This document shows positions 56,290 to 64,000 of a stretch of DNA of 64,000 nucleotides, one piece after another. A program made the position numbers and the translations under genes. The first letter of the stretch is position 1. Every line of letters starts with the position of its first letter. The notes under the pieces were generated by a model, which had not been told where the DNA came from, ran no database searches, and saw only the letters and a list, made by a program, of their open reading frames with translations. The stretch is taken from positions 372,001-436,000 of IMG/VR virus record IMGVR_UViG_3300027996_002186. One strand, written 5' to 3'.

Positions 56290-56949
56290 TTATTTTGAAA
56301 GTAATCTAATTAAATCCTCAGTTATTATAGTTATAAGCTTTTTACCTTCAACTGTAACAAGTGGTATATTTTTAACCATTGAATACTTATCATTACCATC
56401 AACATAAACAGATTCTAGTAATTTTTTAAGTTTAGGTTCATTTTTATATTTATCAATATAATAAGATTTTAATTCAGTTACAAATTTACCTAAATCAACA
56501 CCTTCTTTATAGTTATATTTAACCATTTGAAGTTCGTTATCTTGTTTCTCAACCATTATATACCAGATTGATTTCTTAGGTACTTTAACATTTTCAAGGA
56601 AGTTATAAGCTTTAGAAGCTTTAATATTCTTAGGGAATTTAGCAATTTTACCAAAAGTCTCAACCTCTTTATTTTCATTCTCCTCTTCAAACTCATATCC
56701 GAAATCTTCGTTTTCATCATCATTAGATAAATTAATATCTTGATCTTCTGGCATCAGATTCTTTCTAGATGCTGGTTTCTCAATCTTTTTAGAGTCAAGT
56801 GGTAAATTTGGATTCATAGGAATATCAGAATCTTTAAATCCATTAAAGGGTAATGATGGATCTATTTCCTTAATCTTTTTAGATTCGGTTTTAATATCAG
56901 AGAATTTTCTGAAACCTACTATTTTCTTATTGTTTGACTTATCTGACAT
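56290..56949 (-). CDS. Hypothetical late protein
   Basis: TAATATATA upstream; 219 aa. Confidence 0.7.
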   Translation of the reverse strand: MSDKSNNKKIVGFRKFSDIKTESKKIKEIDPSLPFNGFKDSDIPMNPNLPLDSKKIEKPASRKNLMPEDQDINLSNDDENEDFGYEFEEENENKEVETFGKIAKFPKNIKASKAYNFLENVKVPKKSIWYIMVEKQDNELQMVKYNYKEGVDLGKFVTELKSYYIDKYKNEPKLKKLLESVYVDGNDKYSMVKNIPLVTVEGKKLITIITEDLIRLLSK

Positions 56950-56998
56950 TCGTTTAAATTACTTTTGTTTATTATATATTAAAATTTGAAATGGTTTT

Positions 56999-57253
56999 TT
57001 ATCCTTGTTGTTTATAGTAATATTTATCCACCATGTAGTTCTTAAAATTCTTCATAACATTCATATGGTCGAAATTTATAGAAACTAAGGGTTGTAATTT
57101 TTTAAGGAAAGTATTCATGACATCATTCTCATACATATAAGGTGATAATGATTTATCAAGTAAATTATTTTCATAATCAAAATTTGAATCATCATCATCA
57201 TGTCTGTGTTTCATGTAATTAAGTTCACTAAGTTGTTGTCTATCGTATAACAT
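56999..57253 (-). CDS. Small protein coupled to baseplate gene (possible baseplate component)
   Basis: Start overlaps stop of the gp6-like gene. Confidence 0.55.
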   Translation of the reverse strand: MLYDRQQLSELNYMKHRHDDDDSNFDYENNLLDKSLSPYMYENDVMNTFLKKLQPLVSINFDHMNVMKNFKNYMVDKYYYKQQG

Positions 57254-58980
57254 TATATACCCGCTCTATTTTTTGAATCAACAATACCCTTTTTAATAAT
57301 ATTTACTGATTTTAAACCACCACCATCTATATTATCAGAATAATATAGACCGTTTCTATCATACCAACCACCTCTAATAACCGGTATTTCATCTGCTTCA
57401 AATATTATATCATCAAGAACCGGATCTAAACCAATAACTTTATTTGAAATATAATTTGGATCAGCTTTTGGTGTTGATATATCAACATTTATCTTAGAAT
57501 CAAAATTTGATAATTTGTTTTCAACATTTATTTTATTTTCTTTGTGGTAATCCTCATTCTTTTTACACATGAATTGAAGATCAATAGAGTGTACATCATT
57601 TATTGTTGATAGTTCTCTTATTATATCAAGCTTTGGTATTCTATCTATTCTTTTTAAGTCTAAAAAGTATTCTGATATCTTATCTAATATTTGTGCATTA
57701 ACCGAATCGTCAGTTGCATCCGAATAATTCATAACGAATATATTCATTATATAATATGATATTTTTGGTGAATCTACTCTATATTTTCTTGTTAATTGTA
57801 ACTGTCCTCCTGTCCTAAGATATTTATCTATCTTAGATTTCTCATATCTATCAAGCTCAAAAGCTTTTATATCAATTGTGAAATAATCAGCATTTCGATT
57901 CTTAAATAATCTTATATTTGGTGTAGCGACAATAAATATTGTTCCGAATCTCTCATAAGCATTTACATGTGAGAAAACTCCTAACTTCTTAATCTCATAC
58001 GCATATTGTTGTGGTAATCCTAAAACAAAGTTATTACTCGATATTGGTAATATATTTTTTGTAAATAATAGATTTTCAGCATCAGCACCAAAGTTTATAT
58101 CTGTATAAATATCTATGTTGAATACATCAGCGACATCCATGGTTTCACCATTTCCATCTAATACATTTCCAACAAACTCCCAATCATCTCTTGTTCTTCT
58201 AAATATGTTACCAGTCGATCCATCAGATACTAAATAATTTACCTCTATTGAGGAACCAATTGGTGGTTTCAATCCGAACCCACCATTACCAAAAACAATA
58301 TCTACACCACCGTTAAATCCAGTTCTAACAACACAAGCTTGTTCATCAGGCAACATTTCATAAATATGCTTTTTTAATGACCAAAAATCACCATTAACCA
58401 ATATTTCAACGTTGAAGTTCTCGATATCTTTTTGGCTTATTTCTGATAATGATAATGTTTGTAATTGTGTTCCATCACCTGTATAAGTTTTTCTCATCCA
58501 TTTACCTTGTATTATTGGTACGAAGAATTTATAATTAGGAGTTATTTTGTGTGTTACTTTTTCAGTTCCAATACTAAATGAGTAATCAAGAGCGTTTGTT
58601 TTATTCTTAATCAATAATCTATTATTAAATGTCAATCTTGATCCAGGTATTTGATCGGCCACATCAAGATTTGATTTTAAGGTAAACTTCAAAGTACCAG
58701 TAGCACTTATTGATCTACCCGGGATATGTCCAGCAAAAATTGCCGCATTTCTTATAACTTTCCTATTTAAAGCATTTGGGTTACTTAAATCAAATTGGTC
58801 AATTGAATTCTTCAAATATAAGATTGACATTTGGTGTAAATTTTCAATAACAGATAATATCTGACCATATGGAGAAGCAGGACTAAAAAGAAGACCCGCT
58901 TTGTTATGTTCTTTTTTTAAATACCTTTCTATCTCAGCCTTAATACCGGTAAAAGTTATTGATGAAAAATTAGTAGCCAT
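57253..58980 (-). CDS. Baseplate wedge subunit (T4 gp6-like / baseplate J family)
   Basis: ASPYGQILSV, AIFAGHIPGRSISATG, IVFGNGGFG..P, YLVSDGSTGN, FGADAE. Confidence 0.8.
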   Translation of the reverse strand: MATNFSSITFTGIKAEIERYLKKEHNKAGLLFSPASPYGQILSVIENLHQMSILYLKNSIDQFDLSNPNALNRKVIRNAAIFAGHIPGRSISATGTLKFTLKSNLDVADQIPGSRLTFNNRLLIKNKTNALDYSFSIGTEKVTHKITPNYKFFVPIIQGKWMRKTYTGDGTQLQTLSLSEISQKDIENFNVEILVNGDFWSLKKHIYEMLPDEQACVVRTGFNGGVDIVFGNGGFGLKPPIGSSIEVNYLVSDGSTGNIFRRTRDDWEFVGNVLDGNGETMDVADVFNIDIYTDINFGADAENLLFTKNILPISSNNFVLGLPQQYAYEIKKLGVFSHVNAYERFGTIFIVATPNIRLFKNRNADYFTIDIKAFELDRYEKSKIDKYLRTGGQLQLTRKYRVDSPKISYYIMNIFVMNYSDATDDSVNAQILDKISEYFLDLKRIDRIPKLDIIRELSTINDVHSIDLQFMCKKNEDYHKENKINVENKLSNFDSKINVDISTPKADPNYISNKVIGLDPVLDDIIFEADEIPVIRGGWYDRNGLYYSDNIDGGGLKSVNIIKKGIVDSKNRAGI

Positions 58981-59041
58981 TTTAATTTATTAATTTATTT
59001 TAGTTGTAATTTAGTTATCCTTTATCACTCGATTTATTTTA

Positions 59042-59782
59042 TTATAGTAATGATAATAAATCATCTATATTACTATTTAACCAAGTAGTTAATTGTTTAG
59101 CAATAATTGTTTTAGCTTCATCATCATTAACATTTATCCAGTCCCCAACCTTTTTAGTGAATAAACCATGAGTATCACCTAAGTACAACCCATCAGTTCT
59201 GTTTCTACCATAGTCATTAACACCAACATTAGACTTAATTTTTTTAACTAAATCTAATTTATCAATTTTATTAAAATGTTTTATAAGTTTTTCATTGGAT
59301 AATATATCATCTAGTACTGTGTTAAGTTGATTAAGAACATTGATAGATACATCAGCCATATCCCAAGTAATTTGACCATCACTAATTTTATCCATTTCTA
59401 TCTTCATATTACTAACTAAGTCTCGTGACTTATCAATCATTTCTCCTGTTCTATTGAATATAGATAGTTCATTTATATATTCTGAGTTAAATCTATTTTT
59501 TTCAAAAATATCTTTAACATCTTCTATGAATAAACTAATTGAAGAGTTTCTATTCACTAAATCTGAATTCTCATTCAATGGGTTGGTAAAATATTTCCAA
59601 TTGAAATTATCACCTTCTAAATCGGTTTTAGAAACAATTAATTTTAGATTCTTATCACCTTCTAAAATAGACAATTCAATATAGTTTCCTAGTTTTATGT
59701 CACTTTTCTCGAATATAATAACTTCATCGAAGTTATTCGATAACTCAATGTGTATCCTGTTTATATTTTGTTTAAGGTTCAT
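59042..59782 (-). CDS. Hypothetical late protein
   Basis: First gene of the late unit that contains the baseplate gene. Confidence 0.7.
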   Translation of the reverse strand: MNLKQNINRIHIELSNNFDEVIIFEKSDIKLGNYIELSILEGDKNLKLIVSKTDLEGDNFNWKYFTNPLNENSDLVNRNSSISLFIEDVKDIFEKNRFNSEYINELSIFNRTGEMIDKSRDLVSNMKIEMDKISDGQITWDMADVSINVLNQLNTVLDDILSNEKLIKHFNKIDKLDLVKKIKSNVGVNDYGRNRTDGLYLGDTHGLFTKKVGDWINVNDDEAKTIIAKQLTTWLNSNIDDLLSLL

Positions 59783-59798
59783 GTGAAACTTTTTCTTT

Positions 59799-59807
59799 TA
59801 TATATTA
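59799..59807 (-). promoter_or_regulatory. Putative late promoter TAATATATA heading the baseplate operon
   Basis: Upstream of 59782 > 58980 (gp6-like) > 57253. Confidence 0.65.
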
Positions 59808-59907
59808 AAAAATTCTTACTCTTAATGTGTTTTTTGAATTATGAGTACATTTCAAAAATTTTTGAAAAACCATATTAAATATATATATAACAAGAAAATA
59901 CAAATAT

Positions 59908-60624
59908 ATGGGAATAAACGATATAACATCATTAATAGACAAGTATGGTATTAAAGGAGCAATTTTTGTGATATTCCTATTTTTACTTATTGCGATTTTT
60001 AAAAGTAAATGGTTTAGTATGGCATTATCTAAGCTATCAGATAAGTTCATAGAAAGGTTTATGAAAAATAAAACAAAGGATTTAGATAAAGTTAGAAATA
60101 TAAATGTTTCAGATATATCAAATCATGATATATTTAACTACATTGATTTCTGGATGTATTCAAAGATACCAACATTTCAATTCTCTACTGAGTATAGAAC
60201 AATAGTATTTAGAAAATATTTAACACTATATCTTAAAAGTTATAAATCAAATATATCAAAATTTGTTACCAATAAAGATTATCAAGATATGGATGATCCA
60301 AAGGTTTGGAAAGCTTTATTAGATTTAATAAACACAATTGTTTATGATTATGAAAGAGAAATGGTAGAAGCAGGTATACCTAAGGTTGTTATAGAAAAGA
60401 TGAAAGCTAGAAATAATGATACTATAACATTAACAATTGATTTAATACAAGGTGTTTGTAATTCACAATTTTATTCATCTGATAAGAATTATTTGAAAGT
60501 TTATTCGGTGGTAAATATATTACTATCTGTGTTAGAAAACACAATAAGTAATTCCGAAAATATTTGTAATAGTATAAATGGCCAATTAAAAGGACTAGAA
60601 TTTGGTGGTAAAAAAGAGCCTTAA
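59908..60624 (+). CDS. Membrane protein with one N-terminal TM helix (possible T4 gpT-like holin topology)
   Basis: GAIFVIFLFLLIAIF followed by a soluble domain; holin call is inferred from topology only. Confidence 0.5.
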   Translation: MGINDITSLIDKYGIKGAIFVIFLFLLIAIFKSKWFSMALSKLSDKFIERFMKNKTKDLDKVRNINVSDISNHDIFNYIDFWMYSKIPTFQFSTEYRTIVFRKYLTLYLKSYKSNISKFVTNKDYQDMDDPKVWKALLDLINTIVYDYEREMVEAGIPKVVIEKMKARNNDTITLTIDLIQGVCNSQFYSSDKNYLKVYSVVNILLSVLENTISNSENICNSINGQLKGLEFGGKKEP

Positions 60625-60626
60625 TT

Positions 60627-61055
60627 ATGAAACACATTAAAAAGTTTAATGAAGAATTAGTACCAAGATTTCCCACTCATAATAAGGGGGAGGTTATTGT
60701 TTATGCTAAGGATTTAGATTATAGAAATGTTCAAGTATTTGCTAAGAAGCTTGGTTATGAAGTAGTTGGTGAGGTTAGAGATGATGGTTATTTAGTGAAG
60801 ACACCAGTTGGTCAAGAAGAACAAGCCGGTGCTGATTTTGTTGATAACTATCCAGAATTTTTCTATAACCACGAAAGAGAAGATATCAAAGATACTATGG
60901 CTTATGAAGAGTTAGATGATATCAAAAATGATGTTGAAAATTTAAGAGATTCTCTTGGTAGTCTAAATAAGTTTGGAAAAAGTATGTTACCTGATGGTTG
61001 GAATGAGGACATCGACAAAATTATTAATAGATTACAAAATGCCAAACACGAATAA
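60627..61055 (+). CDS. Hypothetical protein, CTS-like N-terminus
   Basis: MKHIKKFNEE. Confidence 0.75.
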   Translation: MKHIKKFNEELVPRFPTHNKGEVIVYAKDLDYRNVQVFAKKLGYEVVGEVRDDGYLVKTPVGQEEQAGADFVDNYPEFFYNHEREDIKDTMAYEELDDIKNDVENLRDSLGSLNKFGKSMLPDGWNEDIDKIINRLQNAKHE

Positions 61056-61407
61056 ATACATAAAATCATTTATATTGTTTGAATCTGATAACATAAATTC
61101 GGATGAAATACCTTGGGAGGTCTTTTGGGAATTTATACAAGATTCTCAAGACGTTTTTATGGAAATAATGGATGATGATTTATTATTAAGTGATTATGGT
61201 AAATACTCTTTTGATTATCAAGATGATTTTATTTTCTTAAAGTTTAAAAAGCCAACAGATTTAGAAACAATTTCTTTTTTATGGGAAGATATTAAAATAG
61301 CAATTAATAGATTGAGTGATAAATATAATATTACTCATAAAGTATCCGATTTACCTGGTATAATTAAGTTAGTTGTTACGTTGGAGAATCAATCCATTAA
61401 ACCATAA
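61039..61407 (+). CDS. Hypothetical protein, CTS-like N-terminus, dispersed paralog family
   Basis: Start moved to ATG 61039 (MPNTNKYIKSFILFES); DSQDVFMEIMDD; AINRL. Confidence 0.7.
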   Translation: MPNTNKYIKSFILFESDNINSDEIPWEVFWEFIQDSQDVFMEIMDDDLLLSDYGKYSFDYQDDFIFLKFKKPTDLETISFLWEDIKIAINRLSDKYNITHKVSDLPGIIKLVVTLENQSIKP

Positions 61408-61928
61408 ACATCATCAGCATTAAACTCTGGGTCGGTTATTTTCAAATCACAATCGATGAAATTGTTAAAATCTATTTCATCCGAATCTAATCTACGTTTG
61501 ATAGAATCATTCTTATCTTCTCTTGTATGTAATCTAGATTCTCTTATATTTCTATCAATATCTAAATAAACAACAAAACAACACTTTCTTTGTTCTTCTG
61601 TGATGTCTTTGAATTCACCAGGAGTCATTATCATAACTTGTGATGAGTTAAACTCATCTTTAGTTAATCCATAATACCACTTTTCTTTATCAGAATCTTC
61701 TGGTGTAACCTCAAATTCTTGGTGTGTTAGGAATTTATTTTCATTGATTGATTGTAAAAATTCAGAATCATCTACGAAGTTATAAGTAGAACCTTGTTCT
61801 TCAAATTTTCTTTTTGGTCTTGTTGTCCACTTTAGACAGGGTTTTAGACCTTTATCAGATAATTTTCTTAATAGAAAGTCTTTCCCCGATCCACTAGGTC
61901 CCATTATTATACATTTTTCATTTTTCAT
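61389..61928 (-). CDS. gmk: Guanylate kinase-like protein
   Basis: GPSGSGKD, TTRPKRKFE, YNFV, WYYG, IKRRL. Confidence 0.88.
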   Translation of the reverse strand: MKNEKCIIMGPSGSGKDFLLRKLSDKGLKPCLKWTTRPKRKFEEQGSTYNFVDDSEFLQSINENKFLTHQEFEVTPEDSDKEKWYYGLTKDEFNSSQVMIMTPGEFKDITEEQRKCCFVVYLDIDRNIRESRLHTREDKNDSIKRRLDSDEIDFNNFIDCDLKITDPEFNADDVYGLMD

Positions 61929-61939
61929 TTCTAATTATA

Positions 61940-62749
61940 TTATCTTTTATCAATTTGTTCATATCTCCAATAGAATCCACGAGATTTCCTATTAATATTC
62001 TTACAACAAAATGAAATATTAGAAGAGTTACTACCTACATGATTTGCAGCTTCTTTGATAGATTTAAATTCCCCAACTAGTTGATTATCATTATCATATT
62101 GATATACTTTCTTACCTATTTTTTCTTTCCTAGTCATATCCACTTTCACCAATTCACTACCGTCATCATATTTCCAAATGAACTTTCTGTGGTGCTTTCT
62201 TATACCGGTTAAACAAGCTGATATTTTACCTGTGCTAAAAAAACCATCACTTTCAACAACAGCGTCTTTAATACACTTATACTTCTTTATTATGTTATAG
62301 TTTATATCATATTGTATTATTGATTTATAACTATTGATATTAGGAATCCCAATTAATTTATTTTTAATTTTCTGCTTGGTTTCTTCACTACAAGGAACTC
62401 CTTTGTTATGTGGTGTATTTCCTTTCTTAAAGGATCCTTTATTACCAAAGGTAGATCCATCACCACCTGATGTATAATTAACTAATGAAAATCCCCATGT
62501 TTTGAATAATGATATATAGAACATTTCCCAATATTGCCATTCAGATACCGGAACCTCATCTATAATAATTAACTCAGGTCTAAATCCATCCTTTCTAACG
62601 TTGTTAATCCAATTTCTTTTATGTGTATTCTTATCCCTAGCAGAATTAAAGTGATTTGTGTATCTATCTTTCGGATTGTTGGCTTTCCCAATATACCTAA
62701 TTTGGTTATTTCTGGGATCAGATAGAGCATATATAAAAACATTTTTCAT
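61940..62749 (-). mobile_element. Free-standing GIY-YIG homing endonuclease with NUMOD3/NUMOD1-type DNA-binding repeats
   Basis: FIYAL..RYIGKA, WEMFYI, NYTSGGDG, SEETKQKI, two QYD..SIKEAA..FxW HTH-type modules. Confidence 0.9.
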
Positions 62750-62801
62750 TTCTTATATATAAAAACACCCAGTACCTCTTTTACCTAAAATTATAACATT
62801 T

Positions 62802-63185
62802 TTAATTTGGTATGAATTGAAGGCTTATTGATTGTAGGATCCATTCTGGGAATTCTTCAATCCTCTTGATATTTATAAATCTAGCACTGCCATTAGATAA
62901 TACAATGTGTATATTTTTAATCTTACAATCCTCTGATATTATAATATCGTTAATTCGTTTAAGATATTCATTGACATCATTCAAACTAAATAAATACTTA
63001 TCTGGATAAACTCCTATTTGGTTGGTTGATTTATCAATATCTATTGTTATTCTTTCTAATGAATCGGATCTCTTTGTAACACTAGTTTTGAAATTTATAT
63101 CATCTAATTCAAGTAATACATCTCTTATATTATTCATCAGAGAATCTTCGTCATTAAATGACTCAAACATCTTTAGATAATTCAT
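62802..63185 (-). CDS. Hypothetical protein, CTS-like N-terminus, dispersed paralog family
   Basis: MNYLKMFESFN; NIRDVLLELDDINF. Confidence 0.75.
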   Translation of the reverse strand: MNYLKMFESFNDEDSLMNNIRDVLLELDDINFKTSVTKRSDSLERITIDIDKSTNQIGVYPDKYLFSLNDVNEYLKRINDIIISEDCKIKNIHIVLSNGSARFINIKRIEEFPEWILQSISLQFIPN

Positions 63186-63448
63186 TATAATGGTTTATAA
63201 TTTGGGATAGCTCCTTTGTAATTCTTATTACCACTCTTTAGTTGTTCTCTTTCTGCTTCAGATGCAGCTCCATATTCTGGATCTTTCTTTTCTTTATCTT
63301 TACAATCCATACAGATTATATCTTCATTGAACATACTCATTGTGGTCATATTATTAGTTGATTCACCACATCTATCACAATTATCTCTTCTCATGTCGAA
63401 GGAACCATGTCGTGCTGAATAATCTTCAAATGTTTTTAAGTTTTTCAT
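63185..63448 (-). CDS. Small CxxC..CxxC zinc-binding protein, CTS-like N-terminus
   Basis: MKNLKTFEDY; CDRC..MSMFNEDIICMDC. Confidence 0.75.
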   Translation of the reverse strand: MKNLKTFEDYSARHGSFDMRRDNCDRCGESTNNMTTMSMFNEDIICMDCKDKEKKDPEYGAASEAEREQLKSGNKNYKGAIPNYKPL

Positions 63449-63804
63449 TCACCTAATTTAGTTTTTAATTCTTCTATGAATGGTTGAAAATTATGTTTAC
63501 CATAATCATCTTTAAGTACTGTTGCAACAGCATCTGCGAAATCTTTATATGACATACTATCATCAATTTGATTGATTGATTTACTTATATCACTTGATAA
63601 TAAATCTGATTCATTTGATTCATTGAATCTTTTAAATTTTTTAATTTCATTCACATCATCACTGACTGTTAATTTTTTAACAACCTTTAAGAGAAAATCT
63701 ACATCTTCTATAGCAGCACTTGGATTATCATAGTAATAATCATCACCCCTTTCTTGTAAATGGGTAAATATATATTCTCTTTCCCAATCAGTTAGTTTAT
63801 CCAT
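63445..63804 (-). CDS. Hypothetical protein with internal CTS-like motif
   Basis: Internal EIKKFKRFNESNE. Confidence 0.65.
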   Translation of the reverse strand: MDKLTDWEREYIFTHLQERGDDYYYDNPSAAIEDVDFLLKVVKKLTVSDDVNEIKKFKRFNESNESDLLSSDISKSINQIDDSMSYKDFADAVATVLKDDYGKHNFQPFIEELKTKLGE

Positions 63805-64000
63805 TATCTAAAACCTTTATTTTTAATGAATCTAACCATTGTTTAGCATCTTCTTCTGAATCAAAATATATCTCACCACCATCTACTGGATGGTTTTGAA
63901 ATTCATAATGATATCCTTCTGTTCCAAAGGATTCTTTTGGTAAAGATATGTAGTGTGTTGGTTCACTAACTTCTGGTTCAATTTCTTTAATTATAGCCAT
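63797..64000 (-). CDS. Hypothetical protein, probably truncated by window edge
   Basis: Open frame reaching position 64000. Confidence 0.55.
   Translation of the reverse strand: MAIIKEIEPEVSEPTHYISLPKESFGTEGYHYEFQNHPVDGGEIYFDSEEDAKQWLDSLKIKVLDNG

Noticed and set aside
1400-60676. Numerous short antisense or overlapping ORFs in the track (e.g. 6630, 7213, 14393, 21267, 45957, 54760)
   Set aside because: They lie opposite well-supported genes and have the Ser/Leu/Phe/Ile-rich composition expected of antisense frames in AT-rich DNA.
61940-62749. Intron-encoded status of the GIY-YIG gene (and of the 567-2066 endonuclease)
   Set aside because: The flanking genes are separate ORFs with no split gene evident, and there is no flanking structured RNA; both appear free-standing.
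1-64000. Stop-codon reassignment, as seen in some huge phages
   Set aside because: Conserved enzymes are uninterrupted in code 11, and TAG (e.g. 11380, 18974, 22763) and TGA (e.g. 18602, 24063) end genes at sensible positions.
1-64000. tRNA genes, rRNA genes, CRISPR arrays
   Set aside because: No cloverleaf or regularly spaced repeat array was seen by eye, and intergenic gaps are short. tRNAscan-SE was not run.

Overview
Very AT-rich, densely coding 64 kb segment of a large lytic T4-related/'huge' dsDNA phage, using standard code 11. Phage markers are a T4-type RNase H, two-subunit topoisomerase II, a gp6-like baseplate wedge, Dam-type and m4C-type methyltransferases, DHFR, Gmk, PRPP synthetase, a MazG-like NTPase and homing endonucleases. 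The host is most likely Bacteroidota: there are TTTG-N19/20-TATATTTG housekeeping promoters, no Shine-Dalgarno motifs and T9SS-type secreted proteins. The main hidden feature is an unannotated 232-nt RNase P RNA at 15424-15655. It has a complete, covarying type A catalytic domain, but its specificity domain is replaced by one UUCG hairpin and it lacks P18/P19. A class II tRNA nucleotidyltransferase and a 2H phosphoesterase lie about 11 kb away. Two mutually exclusive peptide tags also recur. About 22 proteins begin with a motif like the T4 capsid-targeting sequence (MK[HY][IL]KxF[EN]E/F); these genes mostly sit behind a TAATATATA motif placed only 4-6 nt before the ATG, which suggests leaderless late transcripts. 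About 15 small, probably early, proteins end in RxxK[IL]xx[IL]L. The phage also carries signalling genes (PAS histidine kinase, two receivers, SiaC, class III cyclase). All family assignments come from motif recognition by eye; no database search was run.
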